Source of the DNA: Candidatus Binatia bacterium
GTDB taxonomy: Bacteria; Desulfobacterota; Binatia; UBA9968; CAXXLF01
Assembly: GCA_963664015.2 (NCBI GenBank)
Contig: CAXXLF010000002.1
Coordinates: forward strand, 2,048,001-2,112,000
Length of the DNA: 64,000 bases
Reading direction: 5' to 3'
Shown piece after piece: positions 1 to 9,218 of the stretch. Numbering within the stretch: position 1 is the stretch's first letter; each line of letters starts with the position of its first letter. The position numbers and the translations under genes are program-made. The notes beneath the pieces are model-generated. The model ran no database searches, had not been told where the DNA came from, and was given only the letters and a program-made list of their open reading frames with translations.

Positions 1-850
1 GCGTCGCCGGCTGTGAAGGGATCCCAGGTGGGGGGTTGCCGTCGCGCATAAGGAGCTGTGCCAGCGGGTCGCGATCCAGGTTTTCCAGCTTGCTCAGTTG
101 GACGCGGGCCTGCTTTGCGAGGGGATTGTCGGGGTAGTGCCTGATGATGGACTCATAGGCCAAGGTCGCCTTGACGCCGTTTTTCTCCAGCCGGTAGGCC
201 TTTCCTAATAGGTATAGGGCCTTGACCGCTACAGGCGTGTCCAGATAGTTCCGTACAACGGATGCAAACCGTTCTTTCGCGGCTCTGTACTTCTTTTGCT
301 TTAGGTAGAAGTCTCCAATGTAATACTCACGTTGTGCAAGGTAAAGCCGGCATCGGGCGATCTTCTCCTTCGCCTTGGGGACGTAGGGGGATTTGGGGTG
401 CTTCTTAATTAGGGTCTCATAGTAGGACTTGGCCGTCTCTATAATCTTTTCATCCCGATCGATGCTTTTGAATTGTTCGAGATTGATCTCGCCCAGTTGA
501 TACAGGACGTAGGGGGCCTTTTCGTTGGTCGGTTGAAACCCGAGAAATTCTTTGTATGTCTCAATGGCTTCGGCGTACTGCTTGTTCAGGTGGTAGGTCT
601 CCGCAACTCTGAGGTCGATCTTTCGCGCCTCGGCGCTGAAGGGGTAATCGCTTCGAATCGTCGCATACTTAACTAGGGCTTTTTTATAGCTCTTCTTCTT
701 CACGGCTTCGTTACCCTCTTTGAGCAGGGTTGCCGCGGTGGGATTGGATTCGGGTGTCGACTTCGCCCAGGGCAAGGAGCAACCGGCGATGAGCCAAAAC
801 GAAAGCAGAAGGAAAAGGAGGGGGTAAGAATTAGAACTGTTCATCACCAT
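1..850 (-). CDS. bamD: Outer membrane protein assembly lipoprotein BamD (3' end runs off the window)
   Basis: Not in the ORF track because it has no stop in the window. Manual translation: MVMNSSNSYPLLFLLLSFWLIAGC (lipobox), then YPFSAEAR, SIDRDEK, HPKSPYVPKAKEKIARCRLYLAQREYYIGDFYLK, typical BamD TPR motifs. Confidence 0.85.
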   Translation of the reverse strand, partial: MVMNSSNSYPLLFLLLSFWLIAGCSLPWAKSTPESNPTAATLLKEGNEAVKKKSYKKALVKYATIRSDYPFSAEARKIDLRVAETYHLNKQYAEAIETYKEFLGFQPTNEKAPYVLYQLGEINLEQFKSIDRDEKIIETAKSYYETLIKKHPKSPYVPKAKEKIARCRLYLAQREYYIGDFYLKQKKYRAAKERFASVVRNYLDTPVAVKALYLLGKAYRLEKNGVKATLAYESIIRHYPDNPLAKQARVQLSKLENLDRDPLAQLLMRDGNPPPGIPSQPAT

Positions 851-1360
851 ACCCAGATGGACCACCCGTTTTAACCGGGTTAAGCAGCCCCCTTGATAAT
901 ATAATCTTCAAAGGGAATATGCCGAGGCTTCAAAACAAGCTCATGCTATACGACCCACCCATAGTAAGTCAAGCAGGCCAAGGGATGAGAACCTCCTCGT
1001 TCTCTTTAACGCTACCCTTAAAAACGGAAATGCGTACTCTGCCCTATATCTTTCTGCAAAAAATGGTTGCAGACCCTCTTGCTTGTTGCTAAGTTAGATC
1101 CTGCCATCAGGGCAAAAACGGCCAGAGCGGGATATCCAAGGCTGTTGACCTGGGCTGCGGGTTGACCGAAAATAGAGGAACGAGACCGCAGCTAATTTAT
1201 GGATGGAAATAGATAAGTTTATGGAGGCTTCGCCAATTTGGATCGCGTATGGCTTGCCAGGCTGGAATCCTTGGGTTCCTCTGGGTTCTGGGCTCATGTC
1301 AAAAGCAGCCCATCAGCCAGATCGTCTGCCCCACCCCCATGAATTTAATAATTTTTATGC

Positions 1361-1389
1361 TTGACAAGGGGACCGATTTTGGTTAAAAA
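1361..1389 (+). promoter_or_regulatory. Putative sigma70 promoter of the porin gene
   Basis: TTGACA at 1361-1366, 17-nt spacer, TAAAAA at 1384-1389, AT-rich stretch upstream. The -10 element is imperfect. Confidence 0.4.
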
Positions 1390-1518
1390 GCCAAAGATTG
1401 TTGCAGAAGTGACTTTTAACGATTTACGAAACAGGAAAACCGAAAGCCGAAAAACAAAAGCAAAAACAGGGAAATTGTAGGAAATAGCGAATAAATCAAA
1501 TTTCAGGGAGGGAAGAAG

Positions 1519-2985
1519 ATGATAAAGCGACTAAGCATTTTAAGTGTACTGTTTTTGATCGGACTTTTCGTAATTGCTGCAGCTCCAACGCAGGCGGCAA
1601 ATACGGATGCGAGGATCAAGGCATTGGAAGAGGAGCTTAACCAGCTCAAGGTCGATCAGCAGGAAGTTAAGCAGGGCCAATTGCAAATGCAGGACGATGC
1701 GCTGGCGGCAATGGCAAAAAAAGGGAAATTCAGTGCCAGCCACCGGCAGGGACGCGGTGCTACGTTCAAATGGGGGGGCAAAGGCAGCGGGGAATACAGG
1801 ATCGGCTTCAAGACCCAAGCTGTAATGTCTTTCTTCCCGGATAGTAAGCTCACGAATTCACAAACCGAGGATGATAAAGGACCCGCCCAGGCGTCGATGA
1901 TTTTCCGGCACCTAGAGATACCCCAGTATTTCAAGGTCCACGATGGCCTTTATGAAATGGGATTTACCTTTCGCGGGGATACATCGCGGTCATCCCAGAC
2001 CAAAACCGAGAAGGTAATAATTAACCTTAGCAAGTTCAGCCCGTACTATCCGGACGTTAGGATCTTGGCGCTTAGTCCAAATACATACTCGCCTCAAGGT
2101 CGGGTAAGCTCCGGCTCTGGCTACGCCATGGAAAGGGCACCGGTCTTTAACGGTATACTGACTACTGGCTCAAGTAAGGGACTGGGCCTTCAATGGAGCA
2201 AGGTACCCTTTGCCAACGGAACGGCTAATATGACCCTTAACCTCCTCACTGGTAACCAGTCGTGGAATAATAAAATCGCCCGGGACCCAACGGACCAGAA
2301 GGGCGTCATGATCGGATTTTCCGCCGCTCCTTTCAGCAAGGCCAAGGGAATGGGGATACTAAAAGGCTTATCAGGGGGTTTCTCATACCTTAACACCCAT
2401 GAAGAATTAGCTCGTGACAGTCGCGGGCAGATTGGAATTTCGACCAGGGGCCGAATCAACGAGGTCGACATATTCGCTGCCAAACTCAACGGACGTATGA
2501 CTTATATGAATCCGTGGCTTGAATGGAAACAGGGGCCATTATCTTTGTCCGCCTCCTACGACCAGATGGACGGCGACAGGAATAACCTCGGGACCAATGA
2601 TGTTAACGACCCGGATGTCAGGGTTAGCAGCATCATCGTGGGTGGCGGCGCCTACATTTGGGGGCCAAAGGGCTTTATGACCGGCAGTAAAAAAGGCGGT
2701 TTAAGGTTAACATACACCCATGCCCGTAATTCGTTCGACCATGGCGTAGTTACTGATAACGATGCCGATTTCGATGATATGAAGGCATGGAATTACAATG
2801 AGAACATCTTCATGTTGAGATGGTTCCATAAGCCCAACATTAGCTACGCACTCGAGTATCAGATCAACAATATCAACCAGATGCGGGGTAGCGGTGATGC
2901 TGCAAACGCAAGAAGAGATCTTGGTGTTGGAGTAGACGGTGGAACCTACCAAATCGTGACGATAAACACGGTATGGTCGTTCTAA
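1519..2985 (+). CDS. Outer-membrane beta-barrel porin with N-terminal coiled coil (OprO/OprP-like)
   Basis: Signal peptide ending ATQA/A-like site, coiled coil ARIKALEEELNQLK, alternating beta-strands, C-terminal TINTVWSF beta-signal, GGAGG RBS. Confidence 0.75.
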   Translation: MIKRLSILSVLFLIGLFVIAAAPTQAANTDARIKALEEELNQLKVDQQEVKQGQLQMQDDALAAMAKKGKFSASHRQGRGATFKWGGKGSGEYRIGFKTQAVMSFFPDSKLTNSQTEDDKGPAQASMIFRHLEIPQYFKVHDGLYEMGFTFRGDTSRSSQTKTEKVIINLSKFSPYYPDVRILALSPNTYSPQGRVSSGSGYAMERAPVFNGILTTGSSKGLGLQWSKVPFANGTANMTLNLLTGNQSWNNKIARDPTDQKGVMIGFSAAPFSKAKGMGILKGLSGGFSYLNTHEELARDSRGQIGISTRGRINEVDIFAAKLNGRMTYMNPWLEWKQGPLSLSASYDQMDGDRNNLGTNDVNDPDVRVSSIIVGGGAYIWGPKGFMTGSKKGGLRLTYTHARNSFDHGVVTDNDADFDDMKAWNYNENIFMLRWFHKPNISYALEYQINNINQMRGSGDAANARRDLGVGVDGGTYQIVTINTVWSF

Positions 2986-3018
2986 TATAAGTTCTTAATC
3001 CTTTAGCTAAAAAGGGAG

Positions 3019-3050
3019 AAAAAGGGGCGCCAATATGGCGCCCTTTTTTT
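3019..3050 (+). terminator. Rho-independent terminator, possibly bidirectional
   Basis: AAAAAGGGGCGCCA-ATA-TGGCGCCC followed by T7, shortly after the porin stop. Confidence 0.9.
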
Positions 3051-3062
3051 GTTCTCCTTATC

Positions 3063-3122
3063 CCGTGAAATGGAGATTAAGTATTTTTATAGTTGGAGCC
3101 GATAGGACGGCTTATTTCACGG
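3063..3122. repeat. Small inverted-repeat element CCGTGAAAT...ATTTCACGG
   Basis: 9-bp perfect IR (3063-3071 / 3114-3122); ends resemble the element at 25639-25707. Confidence 0.5.
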
Positions 3123-3210
3123 TATTCAATTCACATCCTCATATTCGTTGCAGGTCAATTGATTTCGTTCGTTTCCCGGATTTTCTTCTACCCTGGTAAT
3201 TGGTTAGCAT

Positions 3211-3837
3211 ATGAAAAGGGCGGGAAGATTGTTTTACGGGTGGCAATATGGGTTTTCCCCGTGCCTGGATTCCTATTCCTGGATTGATATTCGGTGTCCT
3301 TGTGAGTGGGTGTACGGTTTCGAACCTGGCATGGGAGGTTCACGGTGCCCTTTTCGCCTTACGAACGGGGCATCCTAAAGCCGCGACGAGCCATTTCTAA
3401 ACGGTGGCCCGGCTCAATCCCGACTATCTAACGGATTTCACCCTTGCGAACATAGTCCCTTGGATCTACAGCGGAAGAAGCTACTCCGAGGCCGGGGAGG
3501 AAGACATGGCGCTGGCAAGCCTGGGAAAGCAAGCGATTGAGATACCAATGACCATTTTACCCGGATTCACGTGGGGTTGTTGATGTCCACGGATAGCGGG
3601 GGTAAAAACAGGAGAACTGAGTTGGAAGGGGGACTGAAAGGATTGCAGGCCTGGCTTGAGGCTGTCCGAGGCTATTGCCATCTGGATCAATACTGGGACC
3701 CGGAAAATATTATACCCAAGAGGATTGGAGAAATCCTTGCGATGCTGCAGGAGGTCGAGGTGAAATGGTAGACGGTTAGAGACAACGTTGTATAGATTGG
3801 AGCGAATTTCGATGAGCAAATTGGTGAGGTTAAGTAA
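3211..3837 (+). pseudogene. Degraded TPR lipoprotein
   Basis: Manual reading: MKRAGR...GVLVSGC lipobox, AATSHF*TVARLNPDY...WIYSGRSYSEAG, frameshift near 3545, then NDHFTRIHVGLL...ELEGGLKGLQAWLE...YWDP...KW*...V*IGANFDEQI. Same layout as the TPR gene downstream. Confidence 0.65.
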
Positions 3838-3838
3838 G

Positions 3839-4501
3839 ATGAGGACATGGATCGTAACAACGAAAGTAACAGCCGCGACGAAAACCCGTAGCTTTATAAC
3901 CCTCGGGCTTATCGTCACGGTGCTAGTCTCGAGTTGCGGATACATGAACTTTAGGCTCCCCGCATTGGGAAAAGTGGGAAAGTACGTCTCAGCCAAGAAT
4001 CTATTGTTGGAAGGTGGGCGAGCGGCAGTGAATGACGCCGTGCGGCTTCTCGAAGCACTCGCCACGGAAGACCCTTTCTATAGGGATGCCCTGACCTATC
4101 TAGGGCGGGCCTATTATAGACAGAAACGGTACCCAGCTGCCCTGCAGGTTATGCGGCGGGCCATTCTGGTTAATAAGGAAGATGAGATTGCCTGGCTTAC
4201 CATCGGTATGGTTCAGCTTAGATTGGGCGACAACCAGGCGGGGCGGGAGAGTTACAAGGGGGGAGTTGCCTTGTTGAGCAAGTTAGCCAAGGACGGGTAC
4301 CGTGGGTACGAGAATTACGACCTGAACAATCTCGTGATGGCTTCTATTCGCAGGGCCATATTTCAGGTCAAGAAAGGGGATTCGGTTAGCCCAAAAAGTC
4401 TGATAAGGGCTGGGGAATTTATTCTGTATCGTATTGACGAAGAAGAAGTTTACCAGGCTGGCGACAAGAGTATGAAGGATCAAATGGACATGAGCGGATA
4501 G
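3839..4501 (+). CDS. TPR-containing lipoprotein
   Basis: Hydrophobic stretch with LVSSC lipobox, TPR motifs ALTYLGRAYY and AWLTIGMVQLRLG. Start chosen at ATG 3839. Confidence 0.75.
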   Translation: MRTWIVTTKVTAATKTRSFITLGLIVTVLVSSCGYMNFRLPALGKVGKYVSAKNLLLEGGRAAVNDAVRLLEALATEDPFYRDALTYLGRAYYRQKRYPAALQVMRRAILVNKEDEIAWLTIGMVQLRLGDNQAGRESYKGGVALLSKLAKDGYRGYENYDLNNLVMASIRRAIFQVKKGDSVSPKSLIRAGEFILYRIDEEEVYQAGDKSMKDQMDMSG

Positions 4502-4713
4502 CGCTAAGGTCGTCAGTTTAGGATAGGGGACTCTGGCTTTGCCGTTTCTTTATCGTAGGGGGCACAGGGTAAGGAAACTTTAAATACTGAGAGATTAGTT
4601 ACCAACCTTGAGCGTATAGGGGAGGGGACATACCCCCTCACTATGACTGCTTAGTAAAATCTAAAAGTGGTCAATTTCTTCGTATAACGAATCATTGCGA
4701 GCGTAGCGAGGAC

Positions 4714-5269
4714 TTAGACCAGGCTGACGGTTCCCTTTTTCAGATTATATCGGGATCTTTTGATCTGGGTCAGATCGTAGCTAAGAAATCCGAAAACCAT
4801 CGCCGGAGCTTCCACCGCCCTCGTGGAATGAATCTTGCCAGAAAGGTAGAGGTATACTGCACCGGGTGCCAGGTGGTGCAGCTCCTTGATCTCCAGCCTG
4901 GCCTTCCCCGGTTGACCCCCATCGTCGGTACGTCGGCAGGTCGTGATCTCAATTCCCCCCCGGTAGACGCCGTAGAGGACCCAGCAGGGCCCGTGATCGT
5001 GAGGGGTATTCGTATCGAATCTTCAAGTGCCCGTGTCCCATTTGAATAAACCCATGGTCGGGATCACGGTACAGTTCCCTGCCCGGATGGGCGTTTTAGA
5101 TGAGTTGTGCCATCCAGGGTTCCTCCTGGCTGGTGGAGGTGAGGAGTTTCTCCAGCTGACCCTTGACCCGATAGGGGAGCTGAGGGTCCTTGCCGTCCCC
5201 CCAAATGGAACGGACCGCCACCGTATACTGTTCCAATGAACTGCCTTCGGTTACTGCGTTGATGGCCAT
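4714..5269 (-). pseudogene. Cysteine dioxygenase-like cupin (3-His), disrupted
   Basis: MAINAV...MAQLI*NAHPGRELYRDPDHGFIQMGH, frameshift near 5020, then TPHDHGPCWVLYGVYRGGIEITTCRRTDDG...GKIHST...FLSYDL. HxH plus distal H is the thiol-dioxygenase metal site pattern. Confidence 0.7.
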
Positions 5270-5338
5270 GGGAGATCCTCCAGCTCGATCAATGGTCAAT
5301 GGTAAAGAATGAGTTAAGCAAAGTTTCTCACTTCAAGA

Positions 5339-5595
5339 CTTCGTCGGGAGCTCCCTTCGGGTCTGAGCCTCATAGTTCGAGTTCCTCACTATGATCCTGA
5401 GCATCGTCGAAGGATCAGGGTCGAAGATAATCGAACGACGCCAAGCTAGCAAAGAGTTATTTACCGCAGATTTTCACCGATTATCGCAGACAAATAATGG
5501 CAAAGGGCAGAGCCAGTACTGCATAGCGCATGGCGTCTGCCCGAAGCTGGTAGATCGGCCTACGCTTAGCGCTCTGCCCTATGCGCTTTGCTGCC
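5339..5595. repeat. Mosaic of REP-like palindromes, nonamer repeats and inverted heptamer repeats
   Basis: CTGAGCCTCA...CCTGAGCATCGTCGAAGG...AGGGTCGAAGA; CCGCAGATT/CACCGATT/TCGCAGAC nonamer-spaced units; AGGGCAGAGC (5504-5513) pairs with GCTCTGCCCT (5571-5580). Confidence 0.65.
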
Positions 5596-5601
5596 AGTGT
5601 C

Positions 5602-6591
5602 TTACGTATCAATAGTCGAGTCGGCAAAGAGCTCCTCCACCGGAAGCTTCCTGTCGATCAATCCCTGGTCGTGGGAGTAGCCCATAAAGCGCTCCAAGTT
5701 GTCCCGGTTGCTTTTGACTCCCAGGGGCCATGGATCCGGGCCCAGGAGGCGGCGTTCCTCTTCATACAGGTGCCGGCTCCATGCCAGGCGCGACCAGTTG
5801 GGGTCCTGGTAGTATACGTCGGTTTCCTCTTTGGCCCTTTCAAAGGCGTTCATAAGGCTCGTAGCGGCCCCGGGAAATTCTTTAAGCACTTCGTCCTTGA
5901 AAGCCAACACGTGCATGATCGGGAAAAAACCGTTATTACGGAAATAGGAGAGTTCCGCCGCCTTGGGGTCGGAGAAGAGACGCTGGATCTTGTCCGGGTT
6001 GGCGACGACTTCGCGCGAGGGATGGGGTACCATCAAGGCGTCGATCTCGCCGTCCCGTAGCATGGCCCCTATCTTTTTCCCCTCCGGGATACGCTCAATG
6101 GACACTCCGTCCTCTACCTTAAAGTCAACCGTCTCTGGGTTAGCCACGTGCCAGTGGATCTCGCGCCACGGAACCCCGTATTCGGACTGCAAGTCCCCCT
6201 TGGCGAGAACCGAAAGGGTGGTTTGGAAGGTGCTGAGACCCACCTTGCGCCCGATCAGGTCTTTGGGAGACCTGATCCCGCAAACGATATTGACCCACAT
6301 CTGCGACTGACTGAAGAGGCGCCGTGGGAAAACCGGGATTGCCGTAAACGGCATCCCCCGTGTCCGTGCCATCAGGTAGGAAGAGAGGGAGAGCTCGCAG
6401 ATGTCGAACTCCCCCTTTTGCAGCATGCGAGCGTGGCGGTCCGCCCCATGCCTCAGGGGGTGGCTCTGTCCTACCTGGAGGACTTCAAGATCTACTCCTT
6501 CGGCCTGGACCGACCCGTCGAACAAGGGGATATGACGGTCATAATGGGACAGGGCCAGGGTAAGCCTTGGGCTGGCCATTCCCTTACCCAT
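5602..6591 (-). CDS. 4,5-dihydroxyphthalate decarboxylase-like protein (periplasmic-binding-protein fold, no signal peptide)
   Basis: LTLALSHYDRHIPLFDGSV, EFDICELSLSSYL, AIPVFPRRLF, FPIMHVL, DPWPLGVKSNR motifs. Confidence 0.75.
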   Translation of the reverse strand: MGKGMASPRLTLALSHYDRHIPLFDGSVQAEGVDLEVLQVGQSHPLRHGADRHARMLQKGEFDICELSLSSYLMARTRGMPFTAIPVFPRRLFSQSQMWVNIVCGIRSPKDLIGRKVGLSTFQTTLSVLAKGDLQSEYGVPWREIHWHVANPETVDFKVEDGVSIERIPEGKKIGAMLRDGEIDALMVPHPSREVVANPDKIQRLFSDPKAAELSYFRNNGFFPIMHVLAFKDEVLKEFPGAATSLMNAFERAKEETDVYYQDPNWSRLAWSRHLYEEERRLLGPDPWPLGVKSNRDNLERFMGYSHDQGLIDRKLPVEELFADSTIDT

Positions 6592-7459
6592 TCAGGTGCT
6601 TGCCAAAAAACTCTAGGCTACGACTCCAGGCCTCCTTGGCCGCCTCTGGGTTGTAGCGTGACTTTCTGTTGTCGCTCATGAAGGCGTGCTTTGCCCCCGG
6701 ATAGATCTTATAGTCGAACGACTTGTTAAACTTCTTCATGGCCGCGACGGTCTCGTCGATACCCTTGTTGACCCTCTTGTCCTCGCCGCCGTAGTGGGCC
6801 ATGACCGGGGCCTCGATGTTCTGGATGAGATCAATGGGCTTGGGGCTACGACCGTAAAATACCACCGCAGCCTTGAGGCCACGAATTCGGGCTGCGCTGT
6901 TAAAGGCCATTCCGCCTCCCCAGCAGAAACCCGTGACCCCCAACCGGTCGTCCCGTACCGAAGAGAGACTACGGAGATAGGTGAAACCCGACTCTGTATC
7001 TTCCATCACGACGTCGAGGGGTGCCAATTCCCTGATGTTTCGCAGACCTTTTCCTTCGGGGTTTGCCTTCTTCGTACCACCATGACGTGAGAGAACATCC
7101 GGGGCGAGGGCGACGTATCCCTCCTTGGCATACCGGCGGGCAATGTCCTGAATATGAGGAGTCAAACCACGGTTCCCTGATATGATAACAACGGCGGGAT
7201 GAGGTCCACCCTCTTTGGGCCGGCTCACGTAGCCAAAAACAGTTCCCGCCTTCCCCGTGTACTTGACCTCTTCGGAGACAAGGGCGGGATCATTGGGGTC
7301 TGTTATCGCTGCAGCCAGCGACGATGGGACCAGGGATTCGATTAGACTGCCAGCCACTGCCAGGCTGCCGGTGAGAAACACAGCGCGGCGTATGAATTCC
7401 CTGCGGTCGATGGCGCCCCTGTGATACTGGGCGACCAGCTCTTTAACATCTTCTGCCAT
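6584..7459 (-). CDS. Dienelactone hydrolase family protein with Tat-like signal
   Basis: DRREFIRR twin-arginine motif, GFCWGG nucleophile motif, YPGAKHAF. Confidence 0.9.
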   Translation of the reverse strand: MAEDVKELVAQYHRGAIDRREFIRRAVFLTGSLAVAGSLIESLVPSSLAAAITDPNDPALVSEEVKYTGKAGTVFGYVSRPKEGGPHPAVVIISGNRGLTPHIQDIARRYAKEGYVALAPDVLSRHGGTKKANPEGKGLRNIRELAPLDVVMEDTESGFTYLRSLSSVRDDRLGVTGFCWGGGMAFNSAARIRGLKAAVVFYGRSPKPIDLIQNIEAPVMAHYGGEDKRVNKGIDETVAAMKKFNKSFDYKIYPGAKHAFMSDNRKSRYNPEAAKEAWSRSLEFFGKHLNG

Positions 7460-7689
7460 AACGACCTCCTTCGAACCATTTTCGACAAAGTTTCTTATAC
7501 GATAACGGATAGCGGTGTTTTCAAGTTCCCCACGGGAACCCCTAAGGGTCTAATAAATAGTCGATATTTCGTTGTTGTAAGCGAGCGATTTCTATCATAG
7601 TCTGGGGCGTTAGGCAATACCATTTGAGCTGTTGCCAACCGATGGGGAAAGGTGACACAATACCGCCCCTGCCGGGAGATCCGAAACCC

Positions 7690-9073
7690 ATGAAGAAAAA
7701 ACGTTACATAATAATTATGGGCTGCCTCTTGGTCCTCATCGTAGGTTCCTTCTGGGTACGATCGCAGCTATTTGCCGTCAAAGAGCCCGGGCAGATTCCC
7801 TTTCAATTGGCTGAGGTCAAAAAAGGGGAGATCTATTCCCGGGTAAGCACCACGGGCTCGGTAAACCCGGTCCTTTCGGTAACGGTCAGTACCCAGGAGT
7901 CGGGGACGATCCGAGAGCTCCGCGTTGACGTCAACATGCAAGTGAAGAAAGGTGAGATCATCGCAAAGCTGGACCAGGATCTATTCCGCGCCGAGGTCCT
8001 TCAAGCCGAGGCCAAACTTGCTGATGCCCACGCCAACCTGGCCAAGGAAAGGGCCGGGGTCCAGATGCAAAAAGACCGGATTGCAGCCGCCATTGACGAG
8101 AGCCAAGCCTCCTTTGGGAAACTAGGGGAAGAGTACAAACGGTCCAAGAAACTCTTTAAACGTGATTTGATCTCCAGGTACGAGTTCGACAGTGTCAAGG
8201 CCGAATGGGAGATGGCCGCCTCCCGCCTCAAAGATAGCTCTGCCCGCATCGACGAGACCAAGGTCAAACAGTCCGCAATCATGTCCGCACGGGCCAAGGT
8301 GAAGATCGCCGAGGCGGAGCTGGAACTCACCGAGGTCAAGTTTTAAACGCAGCGTGATTCGCGCCCCGGTCACGGGCATGATCATCGAAAAGAACGTAGA
8401 AGCAGGGCAAACGGTGGCGGCGAGCCTCCAGTCTCCCCCGTTCGTCACGATCGCCGATCTCAGCAAAATGAAGGTGGACGCCTGGGTGGATGAGTCGGAC
8501 ATCGGGAGCATCCGGGTCGGGCAAGAAGTCCAGTTCCAGGTGGATTCCTACCCTGGCCGAATCTTTGAGGGCGAAGTAGTCAAAGTCTATCCGACGCCGC
8601 AGGTACTGAGCAACGTGGTAACCTACGATACCGAGATCCACGTGGATAACGAAGATCTGGCTTTGAAGCCTGGCATGACAGCGAACGTGACAATTATACT
8701 GGTTCGAAAAGACGATGTCCCACTGGTTCCCCATGCAGCACTGCGCATCCGCCGGCGCGATCTTCAAAAGGTCTATCCGGAGATCGGGGAAGGCAACCGC
8801 GGGGGCCGAAAGGGACGTAAAGGCAGACGAACCGGCAGTGGGGGACGACGGCGCCAGGACCGAGGAAGCGTCTGGGTCTACCGCGACGGTAAACCGGAGC
8901 GGGCCCGTATTCGTATCGGTGCCAGGGATGCCAAGAATATGGAGGTCACGGAAGGTTTGAACGAAGGGGATCAGGTGATCGTGGGGATCCGGGTCGATGC
9001 AGTGCTAGCGCAGGGGCAACCACGAAGCAGAAGGGCCTCTTGGGTTCGGCGGCGTATCCTGGGCGGCTTTTAG
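7690..9073 (+). pseudogene. macA: MacA-like periplasmic adaptor subunit, split by one frameshift
   Basis: STTGSVNP, IAKLD, IRAPVTGMII, VDESDIGSIRVGQ, LKPGMTANV. Removing one T from TTTT at 8341-8344 joins ORFs 7624..8346 and 8354..9073 (EVKF-KRSVIRAP). Confidence 0.75.
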
Positions 9074-9218
9074 CAATCCCCCTTCGATAGGAATAAGTCT
9101 GCCCTGGGGTTCCGCTTCAAAGACAGTGGATCGAAAAAATGAAAATTTCGGATAGGCTGAAATTATCAATTTTCGCCGTGGCAAACCGGTCGTGTGGGCT
9201 TGGAATCGGGGCCAGGTT

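Noticed and set aside
1053-1073. Dyad TCTGCAA-N7-TTGCAGA between bamD and the porin
   Set aside because: Single occurrence with no assignable regulator; could be chance.
1105-1172. Loose resemblance to a c-di-GMP-I riboswitch (GGGCAAA...GGGTTGACCGAA) upstream of the porin
   Set aside because: No GNRA-capped stem or GACGCAAAGC core, and stems do not pair convincingly; an Rfam scan would be needed.
8342-8348. TTTAAAC heptamer as a -1 programmed frameshift site in macA
   Set aside because: Joining the ORFs requires +1, not -1, and no stimulatory structure was evident.
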